Below, one piece after another: positions 39,898 to 54,370 of a stretch of DNA of 56,086 nt. Numbering within the stretch: position 1 is the first letter of the stretch; each line of letters starts with the position of its first letter. The position numbers and the translations under genes were made by a program. The notes beneath the pieces were generated by a model. The model saw nothing but the letters and a program-made list of their open reading frames with translations, made no database searches and was not told the DNA's origin. This DNA comes from Sarea resinae (lineage: Eukaryota), in NCBI GenBank assembly GCA_026026165.1, contig JAPEUD010000072.1:62001-118086 (forward strand), written 5' to 3'.

Positions 39898-40263
39898 CTA
39901 CCTACGGTACTTGGTAGCGAGTACTTCGTACGTGTGATCGCCTTCAAGGACAATACCTAGGTAGTTGAAGGTACAATTGATCTTGAAGGAAGGAGTCAGA
40001 GCGCAAATGTATTCTATTCTGAAGAGGTGATATCCTTTGTTCTGCAACTCCATTCCTCTGGAAACGGCCCACTTGCGCCTTGTCTGAATGAGTACATAAT
40101 CAGTAGCGACGGTAAGGTACTCCCTTACTACTAGCAACTCATTGTATGGATTCATCACCTCATTGTTGCTGTACAATACTTCCTCTTCTCTAATCGGTTT
40201 GATGCCTCCAGGCTTGAGCTTTGGCCGATAGACTATGACCTCCAACCTTTTTGGAAAGGCCAT
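39898..40263 (-). other. Possible orphan or relict ORF (121 aa) between Galpha and HOG1
   Basis: ATG-initiated, with protein-like composition and splice-like signals upstream. I recognised no family. Confidence 0.25.
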
Positions 40264-43059
40264 ATGATGTTACTTCTGGCCTTTTCGCTATATCAGAGAA
40301 GAAATCTGTTACTGATACCTTTTAGTGAATGGAGTTCTATTGAGGCAGTGTAGACAGCTAGCAATCATCGCTAGGATCTCTACCTAACTTACCTACGGTA
40401 GGCAGCCCTACCTAGAGCTGAACACTAAACTGAGCGAACAAATTGCCCAAACAAGGCGATGATATCATCTAGGATCTAATTGATATCTTACCTGACTTCC
40501 AATATACATCAAAGAAATCCGATAATAGAAGGTTCATTCATATTCGGCAGAGGGAACTCTGGCCTCAGCTTCCATCTTGTTTCGGACCGAAGTGGCTTGA
40601 GAATGGAAACGTTCTCCGATGTGTCATGTCCCCGGGTGCTGCGTTTAGCTGTTATGCCATGCGTTGCGCATGAGCGATAGGCGCATCGAGGGTTATTGGC
40701 GCTCTTTCGCGTGTCCTCTCAATCGCACGAGATGGTCGGGCAGTTGAAATTTGGATCGCATATAGGGCTGATCGGGCAATTCCAGATCTCCATGGACTGC
40801 AACTGCATCGATGCCTCACGCAGGTGAAGGTGCGCTACTACGACCCCACCGGAAATCTACGACAGCGACTCAGGTAAACCAGATCGACGTATTCGCACTT
40901 CGTACGATTCCTAGGTAGGTAGTTGCCGAAAGCCTTATCTCCGGGTAAGATGGGAAAAGGGCGTGTGGACAGTGAGATGCTGGCTGTCCTTTGCAGAGGT
41001 CCAATAGTGATCCATCCAGATCCGCCTAAGCGCGTGCATGTGCCAATAGTGGAAGCGGATTCGACGGCGGACCAACACCGACCCAGGAAGAGTTAGAGAT
41101 CAATGGTGGGAGAATTGCTCTCCCCTTGTTCTAGGCATAGGCTGCTCGACAGCGGGGGCTCCTTTCTACAGTCTTATCTATGGCAGTCACACCTCAGCCA
41201 AGCCATATCAGATTCATGATGGATCCATCCGGTGAGGGAAGTGTAGGCGATCTATATCTTATCAGCAACAAAACAGGCCATCCCATTGGTGAAGACTAGT
41301 CCGGAATATCCCATTTGCTTCATGCAGGTGCCGTGCTGGCAAGAATGGCTCACTCCTCGGCCCTTGTGTCGTACTACACTCTCGACAAGGTCCTTCGGGC
41401 AGGTAGATACTGACTGTGGTGGGTACTCCGGAGTATGAAGTGCTCCATAGTCTCACATAGTCGACTGACAAGACAATAAAGTATACTGACAGCGCGCGGG
41501 GGATTCGACATCGATACACAGTACCGCGCAGTACGTGGACAGTGGTAATGTGTACAAGCATCCATTGCATTATGTACAACACCAATGCGATGATGCGGGC
41601 CGACTCCGTCACCTCAAGGGCGACAGGTCGTGGCGCAGCTGGGAGCCTAGTGGATGAAAGAGGAAGAAGAAAGCTGAAGCTTGGAATTGGAACGCAAGGT
41701 CAGGTCGGTACCTAGAGAGGTACCCGATCCACGGTAGCTCTGGATGACTCGACGGTGTTTTCCTCGCGCTTCGACGACGGCAAGCTACATGACTGATACT
41801 TTCTCTCTGGTTCCTTCCGATCTCTTTTCCATCTAGGACCACCTGTACTCTACGCAGTGACGTCCGAGTCCCGCTGGTGGGGCACTGCAGGTTCTACCTA
41901 CTACCTACGTACTTGATACTAATTGCCTACCCGCCTACCCACCTACCATGTCGAGGTATCCATGGCACGATCAAGCAACAACCAAGTTCAAGGCCACCGC
42001 ACAAGAAGGGAAAGAGACGGCTGATGAGTGCGTGCCAAAGCCGCCGTATTTGTACTCGGAAGAGTGATCAAAGTACGAAGTACCTGACGCACCGTGAATC
42101 TGCCCGTCGGGCTGTCGGTCCTGTCTCCTGTCGCTACCTAGGTATGTATGGATGCTTGGATATGCTTGCCATGCCATGCCAAGTCAGGTCTACCGGGTAC
42201 CTTGTGCCCTTGCCATCGATGCCATCCAGGGCATGGATGTCCTCAAGTGGTACCCCGAGTAGGGAGGATGTGAGGATGTGAGGATGTATTGACGGCCAAG
42301 GGAGCAGCTCTCCCAGTCTCCGGCCCTGTTTCAGGACCTTTGGCTTGCCTTACTTACCCCTCCCTCTCCATTTGCGCTGTGTTGTCCCATCTGCCTCCTC
42401 GCTGGCAATCGTTGCAGGTGAACAGCGGCGACTGCCTTGCGGGCGGAAGAAAAAAGGGCGAAACCTTGGAAGATGTCGATGCTGGATAGATGGAAGGACT
42501 TGGCTGGTTGGTTGGCTGGCTCACTCGTCCGTCGCCTACCGTAATTCCGGGTGCCAGGGATTTTGCGCATTGCACACTCCAGCTACTTTGTACATTTCCC
42601 ATGAACAAATCCGTACCTGTAAATTATCAAGTTCTAGTCTTGCCGCTCTTTTGCTCGTCACCAAGCCTTGACCCACCCCACGTTTGCCCCCCCCAGTCAC
42701 CGGAGTCCAACCTGCCCACCGCCCACCGATATCACGATCAGTTGAATCCACCGTAGCCTTTGCGGAGATCCTCAAGGGAAGACCGAGAAAGAGCGTTCGA
42801 GATCATCTCCGGCCCACAATCGCTCACTCGAGTTTCCGATCGCTTGTCGCTGTAAGGTAGTGAAGAGAGTGAGTGGCCGTGCGACTGTCTCATTAGTGAG
42901 AGTTTTCGCCGGGCGAGGGGCTCTTAAACGCGCCGCACCTTTTCGGAGAGCCACCGCCATCGACCTTCTTTCACCTTCAACTTTTACGCACTGCTGTCGC
43001 CGCGACCACCATCTCCACCTCTCTCGAGACAGTCGCAACTGTCGGTCACAACAGTCAAC

Positions 43060-44589
<1,530 letters not shown>

Positions 44590-45263
44590 GGGGATGCGGC
44601 ATGGCTATGATTGCGAGGCCTCGTTCAATATGCTACTTTCCTCTCCTTGTGCATCCACGTCTTGCGCCTTCCGCGCGTGATGCATGCTGTGATTTCTGTT
44701 CTTTGAATGTACATTCGTGCGATTGCAGCACGAGCCTCAAATGCTCGACGCTTGAACAATAGCGTCTGCATTTGGGGCCTCATGATGGTTGCGCAATGCT
44801 GGCGTATCATTGGTTGGTTGCGTACCTGAGCATTAAGAAGGCTTCCCTTCTCATATGGCGGTGGCTGTCGCGTTGGCGGCCGTCAGCCACGATCAGATGG
44901 CTTGAATAGAACGATTTAGAGTCACCGCCCCTCAATAAATGAATCGCATTGCATTATATTACACTACATTACATTACATGACAATACATCACATTGAATG
45001 GTGAGGAAGGCTTGTGCGGTCATCTCATCATTATCGCACCCCTTGCAAGTTTGATAGCTCTACTCGTAGTAGACGTGTATGATCGACGCGGGCATGAGTT
45101 TACCGAAGCTTTCGGAGATCGCAATAATCTTGATCGTAGGGCTGCCCATTCAAAACAATAAGACATTGTTTCTACCGTCAGGATCCAACACGAAGTTTAT
45201 CATGATCATCGCTGCTGTCTGAAGGCCTCCCTCGTTCATGGGCTGGAGCCAGGACGCTTCAAT

Positions 45264-48232
45264 ATGACAGCCCACCGTGGCTTTACCCCGATTGTCACGA
45301 TCGTGGGGTTCCACCATGCCAGGTTGGCAGCTCGCACCGCACCAGAGATCACCCGAGATCATGATAGCTGACGATGGTGCATAGAGGCCCCGAAGTCGAG
45401 ACCTGGTTTGGAGTTGAGGACGGTAGTGATCCGGCCATAGACAATGAGTGGCCTTTGCTGCCTTTCATGGCCCTCTCTGATGGAGCCCATGCGTACGATG
45501 AGACTACGTGCTATCTCGTAATGATTGCCGCCTGTCTGATGAGAACAACAGGTCGACTGAAGATTTCTCCTACTTCACGCTCCGTCACGAAGCCACCGAG
45601 GACCAGCCGGCCACCTCGCTGTTCGGAATCTCTTGCACACGGCAGTTGGATGCGAACGAACTGATCAACCGCCCGGCCGAAGTGACAAGGTCGACGGTTC
45701 AGAAAGCGGTGGTAGTGATTGCGGATACGCCACAGTACTTTGCCCAGCTAAGGGAGAAACTCTCGATGGTTACCAGGGCTTGGTTCGCACAAAGGTATCA
45801 GCTGTCAATAGAGTTCTTGAGGGTGGGCAAAGGTTGACACCAGTAGGGATTTCACGGATATGGAGATCATCAAGGTCTGTCATGATGGCTCCTCGTTACA
45901 TTCAGTCTCACTGACATAATGAAGGCTTTCCAAGAGAGCCTGACAAGGACGCCACGGGACCAGGATGGTGATGGTGACCATTATCTGGGTAAGTTTTGTC
46001 TTCTCCTCCGATTCTGATCATAGCGCTAAGTCCTTTATAGGGTTATCGCTACGAGAAATGATTCATGAATTCAAATATCAGACTTTAGTACTATTCAAAT
46101 CCTGTTTGCTGCAGCCAAAGGTCTGCTCTTTCCCTTTCCCCCCCCCGTAAATACATTACTGATTGAGATAGATGTTATTCTTCGGCTCCCGTTGTGAGCG
46201 TTTATGCATGATGCAGTTCTCCTTGATATCCCTTATACCTGGGCTTTTACGATCTCTTCAAGATTGTGCTGATCCAGAGCTGGACAATTATGAGCAAGGT
46301 CTGGCTACTCCGACTTCGCTGAGGACGAGCGACCGCAATTCTTGTAAGAGAAGCTGAACGTAAGCCATAAAGAAGTTTCACTAAAAGCGCCTTAGTGCTA
46401 TCTTACATGGGTCTGCCGTTGCAGATTTTTGGAAAGGCAAGCAATTTGAGCTCGTCAGTTCAGAGAAATTGCTGACAAAAACAATAGGGAAGCTTATTCG
46501 GGCCTTATACGCCTTTACAGCAGCTGGATATACTCGCCGATTTTGGCACAAAGTCGTATATCGTCGGATCGACGAATTCTCTGCTCTTGCAGCAAAGAGA
46601 CCGATACAGTGACGTTTTAGTCAACGTGAGCCTGTGCCTTCCGGTATTTCCATTGACGATCTGGCTAATGTATGACTGAACCGTAGCTTGACGAAACAAC
46701 TATCAGCATAACATCAACCTCGTTAAGAGCAGCTCTTGCCCTGTCAGCAGCCGATCGACGCTGGATAGACTTTTTGACGCAAACGATCAATGACACGTGG
46801 GACGAAAGTAAGGATTCAACCTGTGGAGACCCTGACCAGTGTTGCTTACACAAATGTAGCAAATCCCGGAAGGCCCAAGACAATGGGCTATGTAGGTAGC
46901 GAAGAGTTTATTCGTTTGCAGTTTGAAGAGTACCTACTTGCACTTGTCTCTTCAGTCAAATACCACATATATGTAGAGAAGCATCAAGATGATCCCAAAG
47001 CTCTTCTCTCGGGTATTGGTAAGTTGCTCTGCGACGAATTGGACCAAATGGCCATTAACAGATGTAGAAGGAAATCCAGCAAATGACTTTGGGACCGATT
47101 GGGTTGACGCCTGGATGAAGACTGAGAATTTCAGGATCTTCAACAAGTTTACAGGTACACATCTCTTTTTAGCTCTCTGCTGTATTATGATTGACTAAGT
47201 TCTTAGATTCTCACGTCTTTGATATCGTCGAACCACGCCATCCGTGCGCAGGAGGTCTAACAATGGAAGACGTCCAACGGCGTCTAGCACAGTAAGCTCT
47301 ATCCAGCGTTTCTTTCTCTGTCTTACTAAGAACGTGTGTGATCAACAGACAGGTCTCGGAACTCCATCTGGATGAGCGCTTCAACAGCGGCCGCGAGGTC
47401 CTCGGCAAGCATCTCGCCACTGGTCAGAAGAAAGTCTCGACAGCTTTCAACGCCCTATGGGCCGACATGGAGGCAATGCGCGAAGCTCAACGACAGCGAG
47501 CCGAAGAAGCAAAAGCTAATCCTCCAGCCATCTCGGAAGGTAAGGATACGGCTACGGCAACCTCTGGATGCTTCGTTTTCTCTCCCGCTTCCACACTCCT
47601 TCTACGGCTTCCTATCCCTCTTATCTACCTTTTCAAGTTCTACCATCGTCTAATTTGTGCCCCTCGCAGTTCCTCGTACCCCGGACCTCTCCTCGGCGTC
47701 CTCCCGCGCCGGTGCATACCTGTCCTCGTGGGGGCAATGGGCCTCGGAAAAGCGGAAAGCTGGTTGGGGAGCTCGCAATTCAACCTCTCTACCCCTATCT
47801 GGTGCCTATAGCGCACCCCGGGCTTCAATCTCGTCTCCAACGTCGCCTGTGCCTTCATCGCCAACCACGACATCGACGTCAACGACGGCGGCCGAAGAAA
47901 CGCGGCGCTCTTCGTCGCTGTTGTCCTCGTCCTCGGCTGCGCATGCCGAGGCGGCCACTTATTCACCTCCGAGAGGTAGTAAGAGCGAGAGTGAGAGTAG
48001 GGATGGCGAGGAGGGGAGCCAGTCTGTCGAGATGGTTGAAGTGTTCGATAGGGATCGGGGAGTTGATGCAGAGCGTGAGGAAGAGTCACAGGGTCAAGCG
48101 CAACGCCGAGGGTCCAATGGTGGTATTATTAGCGCTGAGTCTGTTGACGAAGAGGACGAGAAAGAGAGTAATGGTGGTGGCGCGGAAGAACCAGATGAAG
48201 CTAAGCAAGGAGAACGAGTAGACACCCACTGA
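45264..48232 (+). CDS. AVL9: Late secretory pathway protein AVL9 (DENN-like)
   Basis: Starts MTAHRGFTPIVTIVGFHHAR|GPEVE. Motifs LPFMALSDGAH, SLFGISCTRQ, VTRSTVQKAVVVI, FGPYTPLQQLD and GSEEFIRLQFEEYL. Many short introns (one GC-AG at 46437-46487) and a Ser/acidic C-terminal tail. Confidence 0.92.
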
Positions 48233-49901
48233 AATTGTATAGACCCTGTTCCTCTTCCTCTTCCTCTTCCGCTCCCTCTTCCCTTTCTTTCTCATGCTAT
48301 TCCATTTTCTTCTCTTCCTTTTTTCCTTCCATCATGTTGCTTTCCTTTATTTCTTCCGATTCAGCTCACACGCATACACGCATGGAAACGGCCCATCGGA
48401 GGCATGGACGGACGGACGGATAGCAAGAACGGGATGGATAACGAAGTCATGAAACCCAACCAACCAACCAACCAACCAAACAATGGAAAAGACCCATCTA
48501 TCTATCTATCTCTCCATCTAGAAAGCAAGCTCAGATAGTTAGAGATTCACCATTCAAATAACGAAGCATTATGATGAATAAAGAAATTCTTATACACATA
48601 GATGGATGATTGTTGGAGGGAGATGTGTCCTTTGTTCTGCCCTGAACTGGATTGTGGAGAAAGAGAGAGAGAGAGAGAGAGGAGAGGGTGGGGGGGGATG
48701 GGAGCGGAAAGGGGGGTCTTTGCTTTCTCCTGAAGCGCGAAGAAAAGCTGATGATGGCCTGGTGAAGGAAAACGTTGTTTTCTTATGCGTTTGTGTCTGT
48801 GTAGTGTAGTGTGTATGTGTGTACTACGTAGTATTTCTGTGTGTGTGTCTTGGCAGCAGCAGGACCACATGTCATGGACCCATCCTATTCTATTTGACCT
48901 ATCCTACTCTATCCTACTCTGCTCTATCCTAGTCTAATCGTTCCAAGTCCTAGAGTAGGGGAACTAAATCATCGATGAGGGTTGTTGTCGTTTAATGGTG
49001 GGGTTGAGTCTGGTCTGCTCTACTCTGCTCTGCGCAGCTCTATACTACTACTCAGAGGATGAGGAGGTAAGGTAAGGTAAGGGCTTCTTCGTGGGGGAGG
49101 AAGATGGGAGAGAGGGATTGTGATGATCTTTTTTATTTCTGTATTGGAAGTCTTGTGGTTGACATGAAGACAGAGGGAGAAAGAGGAAGAGAGAAAAAGA
49201 TCCAAAGATAGGGAAGGAGGGAGGGAGGGAGGAATTGAGAGGAAGAGAATTGATGTCAAGTCACTCAACGAATCAATCTAGCGGATCTAGCGGATCTGAT
49301 CGAGAGAGGGAACTATAGGGGAATGATCGCATCGAAGCCGCGTGTGTATTCAGAAAGGGAGAACCCCCTCAGCGAAGGGGGGCGAGACCGGGTCTGCGGG
49401 TCAAAAGCAAGATCTGCTACAACATGGTCAATAACGAAAGAAAGGGAGGCAAAGGATTTGGGAAAAACGAAAGAAACTCCGCGGCGCAATCCTCGCGTCG
49501 AGGGGCCGCTGGAAGCCTTGGATTTGAATTGATCTGGTTTCATGATGAGAGCGGCAGTCATAAGATGACATGAGGTGATTGATGCGGAGAGACGAGACGA
49601 CGTGAAGGATTCGAGGAGACGGAAAGAAGACGACGTAGGCCGGTGGATGTTCTCTGAACCCCGACGACCCGTCTGGAACAAGAGAAGACATGAAGGGTGA
49701 ATGATGACTGGTAAAGGGCCATTGACGACATGACGATATGGACGAAGATCCTTCCCCCCTTCCTTTCAGATGCAGCAGCAAGGGGAAAGAGATGAACTGA
49801 GAAACAGACAAAAAGAAAGGAAACAGCAGCGCTAATAGTCGGAGACCCTGAACCTTCGATATAGAGAAAAACCCCTTCTCCCCCTTCTGTCTCCTGAAAG
49901 C

Positions 49902-52605
49902 CTAAGCGAGATAACCCAACTCTTCCCCCTCGAGCCGCTCGAGATATTCTTTCTCGAGTAGGATGTCGATGCATTTCTTGATGTCGGGAATCTTGGGCGT
50001 GAAGCGAGAGCGGATCTGAGAGATGGTTTCTTGGACTAATTGCACGTGTTTCATCTTCTTGCGGGATTTCATTATTCGAACGATGGCGGACTTCAAGTGC
50101 AAAACTGGTTAGTTGACCTTCGTAAGAGGTAGCAGAGGTCAGAAGATTACTCACCTGCATCAAGAGCTTTCGGTCCTCCTCGATCGTTTTATGTGTATCC
50201 TCAACCTCCTGCTTCTGCTCCGACTTGACATTGATGTTAAGGTTGATCTTGAGCTTCTTGTTCTTGAAGTTGTAGTTTAGCCTATATGTCGTGCCAGGCT
50301 CGGGCTTGCCATCGGCAGGCGACGGTATCAGCAACCTGGCCTTGACGAAGATGCCCAAAGAAGGGTCGAGCCAATCCTTTGATAACGCCGTGGCCTTTTC
50401 CATCTCCTCGTACGTGACCACCTCGCTATCGTTGAATAAAAGTAGAATTGCCATTTGGAAGGTGGAAATTTGAAAGGTGTATGGTACCCTGGTATTCTTG
50501 ACGTAGTTTGCGCGAATCTCGCCCTTACAAAGCTGCCACAGCCACGTCAGCTTTCGACCGCTGTGTTTCTCAAAGTAGAACTTCTGGAACCGCTCGTAGG
50601 TCTTGACAATGATAGCTGGTGGAATAAAGGCAGTGTTTGGCGGGACCAGGGGCCAGAATCCCGTGCCGAGGACGTGATAATAGGGGTCAACGGCTTTTTT
50701 GAGGTCATCCTCATCCAGCACCTTGCTCTGCCACTCTTTATATGTGCTATTGAGGTCCTTCGACACTTGAATATCTTGGAACATGCGCTGCAGCTTGTTG
50801 GTATACTCGTATCCGCAAGCCTCTTTTAGCTTGCTGATCATGCTCGTCTCGGCATCATCGGAAGCGGAGCTGGTATGAACCAAGCGTTTGGCCAACATCC
50901 GGGAATAGAACTTCTGGAATACATCTTTGTCTTCTATGTATTTGAAGATGGTCATGATCTGGGTCAGCATATTTTCCAGGTCGGACTCTTCCGCGCTCTT
51001 GGCGCTTCGCTTCAGCAATGAGTCCGTATACTTGGCTAATAGCTCCGGCGACTTCGTTGATCCTGACTTGCAGACTTTGTTTCGGTTGACAAACTCTCGG
51101 CAAGCATTGTCTAATGATCTCACGAATTCAGACTCTCCCCCAAAGGCCCGATTGACAAGGTTCTGGTACTGAGTGTGAACCTCCAGTAATGCATCCACAT
51201 AGACTTTGGGTTCCAGGTTGTCACCCTCGGCAGCTACTTTCTCTACGGCGGAGAGACCAGCTTTACGCACGTGCGCCTCGAATTTTGTTCGTAGAGGATC
51301 GAGTCCTTCGGGTATCCGGGAAAGGAGACTGTACATCCGTGCAAGGTCATCTTGACGGTCGTTATCCAGTAGTATCTGAAATTCGTCCCGCAGTAATGGC
51401 GAGTGGTCCGCAATGAGCACTTCCTCGCACGTTTTTTTCAATGGAGCCATAATATCCGGGTGAAGATATAGGCCAACGCGATCCTTCTCTTCGTCTAACC
51501 GAGATTCCGCCTTCTAAATTTAGCTCTGCAGACCGAGTATGGAAATGAGACGGTCACCAACCTTCTTCATGTATTCCACCACGCTGTTTTCCGCAACAAA
51601 TTGCTTGGACTCATTTTGATAGTACTTGGTCGTTGCTTCTAAGAACGGCTTCTCAAAGTAATATCGATAGACGTCCAGAGTTGATTTGGTACTATCCGCC
51701 TCGTCAAGACCCAAGGAGACTGCGGAGATCAGCAAGAAGAACGTTGACTTGGACACGGAGATGAGACGCACCGAAAGAATCCACGATACTCTTAATCTGC
51801 GACTGCTCGATGGTCTCCCCGTTTCGCTGCTTCTCTACCATCTTCAGTACCGCTGCCATGACACTCCCCTGCACATTTTTGAAGAGCACCTCTCTCCACT
51901 GTACTAAATGAAGCGTGTAGACATCATAGACATTCTTCTTTCCTTCGTCCATCTCCCGCTTTACCCAGTGCCGATTAATGTAACGGAAGAGGTGGTTGAT
52001 GTATTTGGCTGCAGTCGTATATCGGTCCCATTCTTTAATATAGAAGGATAGTAGAGCTTCATCGGCATGAGTCTTGGATTCATCATTTATTTTCTGGAGA
52101 TGATCCGTAAGATAGCCAATAAGATTGTTGTAGAGGTCCTTGCCCAGAAGGTGAGCTGCCTTGAGTTAGGTCCAAATATTCGTCCCCATAACACAGTCGT
52201 GTTCCACCTACCTCCTCTGCTTTGCGATGCACCACCTATCTGCCCGGAGTTTACGGCTTTCTGTGACGTGCAGAAGTTGTGGACAGCACTATCTCAAGGT
52301 CAGTAAAGAGCTCTAGTCTCTAGAGTCTGCTTGAATTGTTACGTGTAAACGCCCATGTACTGAGCAGATAAGTCAGTGATCTGCTTTGGAATATGAAAAC
52401 CCGGAGGAGAGCATACGGTGACCATATCGACGCCATCTTGTAGACTCGTCATAATCCTATCAACGCCAGCTTCAAGGTATTCCCATCTATTGCGGAGTCA
52501 ACGCCAGATCCTATCCGTGCCTGGCCACCATCCTCGGAGATTGTTGTCAACTTACGTTGCCTTCAGGTCTTCCTTGTTTGGCATCGGCGGCATTACAGTC
52601 GGCAT
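49902..52605 (-). CDS. CUL1: Cullin-1 (SCF scaffold; Cdc53/CulA)
   Basis: ATG at 52605 ([18 protein letters not shown]...), YMGVYT 17-nt exon, [24 protein letters not shown] and GRKLTWLWQ. The last exon (50090-49902) carries the neddylation motif [11 protein letters not shown] and ends LGYLA*. Confidence 0.96.
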
Positions 52606-53257
52606 GATGGCGGTTTGGCCTCACTCGGGGTCGAGGAGAGGAAGCGCCCGGAGATGGCAAAGAGGTGAGAGGTCTAATTCTGTTCTCTGACGGTGTCAAG
52701 ACCTTGGACAGCTTGACTATCTGGATCTGGAAGCTCACACCGAGTGTGGTGGAGGTGGGATTGTGTGATGGGGGACAACGGTGACAGAGCCCGCGGGCAG
52801 AGCCGCAGATGGGGTGGCTTCAGGTCTATACAGGGCCCAGAGGTCGACGGTCGACAACGAGGTCGTCAGTCGAGAAGAGCCACGGTAGCTCAAGAGAAAT
52901 GCCTTCCAAGATCCAAGGAGATCGTGTCTGGGGGGTGGCGGGGCGCAGAGGTGAGACGGGGATTTGATTGTCGAGATGGGCGCGCTTGAGGGCAGGCCAG
53001 ACTCCGTAGACGCTCTCAGTAGGCGCTCACACTCTCAGGTACCTGCTATGCCTGCTCCGCTACGAGTGTTCTGCCCTACAACGAACGAGCGAGTTGGTAT
53101 CCGTGTCGTATTCAACCAGCTACGTCACCCCGAAAATGCATTCGCGCACAAGAAATCCAACATTCATTCATGGTCGGTCATCCATGGTCAACAACAGATC
53201 AACCGCGACAAGACTAGAATACGGCCGCAGTAGCAGTGGCATTATTGATGCAGGTAG

Positions 53258-53806
53258 TCACACGTCCAGCGCTGGCCCACCATCGCCGTATAAAGGGTCT
53301 TTGTCAAACCAGCCCAGCCCATGAATGGCCTCCACCTTCTTCTCCTCCCCGGCCTTGCCGTAGCACATATCCCACTGCTTCCCGGGCGGATAAGCTCCCA
53401 CCATCTCATACCCGCTCTCCAGCTCCTGGAGCAGTCTATGGCCCACACCTGCAGGCACGATGACGACGTCGCCTTTCTCCAACACCGGCTCTATTCTCCC
53501 CGGATTGCCTTCGCCGCCGAAACAGAGTCTGGCACGACCCGCCGCGACGCAGAGCACCTCGTGTGTCGTAGAGTGGAAGTGAGTGGTGGAATACATGGTA
53601 TATCTCCACTGAGGGACCACGGCGCCAATCTTCGTGAGGTGCTTCTCGATGTCTGCCGCACTCATCGTTGGAGGGAAGACGGAGTGATAGATGAGCAGAG
53701 GTTTCCGCTGCAACGCAGTGTTGGGAATCAGTCCATGGGCTGGGATTGCATGGCTTGAGACCCGCAAGTCTTTCAACGAAGTCAGCGCGCTTTTCGAAGT
53801 CGCCAT
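53258..53806 (-). CDS. Cupin-domain protein (YjlB-like), 182 aa, intronless
   Basis: Cupin motifs THFHSTTHEVL and GDVVIVPAGVGH, MVGAYP, and C-terminal DPLYG. Confidence 0.88.
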   Translation of the reverse strand: MATSKSALTSLKDLRVSSHAIPAHGLIPNTALQRKPLLIYHSVFPPTMSAADIEKHLTKIGAVVPQWRYTMYSTTHFHSTTHEVLCVAAGRARLCFGGEGNPGRIEPVLEKGDVVIVPAGVGHRLLQELESGYEMVGAYPPGKQWDMCYGKAGEEKKVEAIHGLGWFDKDPLYGDGGPALDV

Positions 53807-54370
53807 TGCAGATGCTGTTTTGGTTGAGGTGATTCTCAGTGGAACGACTGTAGATGCGTGAGACTGAAGATACGAAATCGCATGTAGGACTGAACGTAGG
53901 CAACAATAGTTCCGTGCTTGCTCTGTCAGTATGAGGCGAGACCCACGTCACTGGACCGGATGTGCCCCGACTCTTCCAGCTTCTGGGCTTGGTAAGAGAT
54001 CCAGATGTTTTCACGCTGCATAAGACAGCGGAGAACAAACACCGACTTGAAAACTTATAGAGGCCCTCATAGTACTTTTGAATAATAAGTGTGATCAGAG
54101 AGATGGATGTCGGTGCTAGATACGGTTTTTGATTATGATTAATTTTCTATTTACCAATGGATATGCCCCAAATCGTTGCCAACTTTTACTTCGATCAAGT
54201 ATAGACAATGTTGCTTATCTCACTTCCTGGCCGAGAAAGATCCCAGGATTGTACTATGCAGGATAGTGATGCAATAATTCTAAAGGAACGACACGGAAGA
54301 AGACTCTTTCTTCACGAACCGATAGCGCCCCACGCTCCAAGATCCCCAACCAGATTTGACCAGAATGCAG

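Noticed and set aside
41855..41866. TGACGTC CRE-like site upstream of HOG1
   Set aside because: A single imperfect short match is expected by chance and cannot be supported without conservation data.
53258..53806. Horizontal transfer of the intronless YjlB-like cupin
   Set aside because: Lack of introns alone is not evidence, composition matches the neighbours, and to my knowledge the family is widespread in fungi. A phylogeny would be needed.
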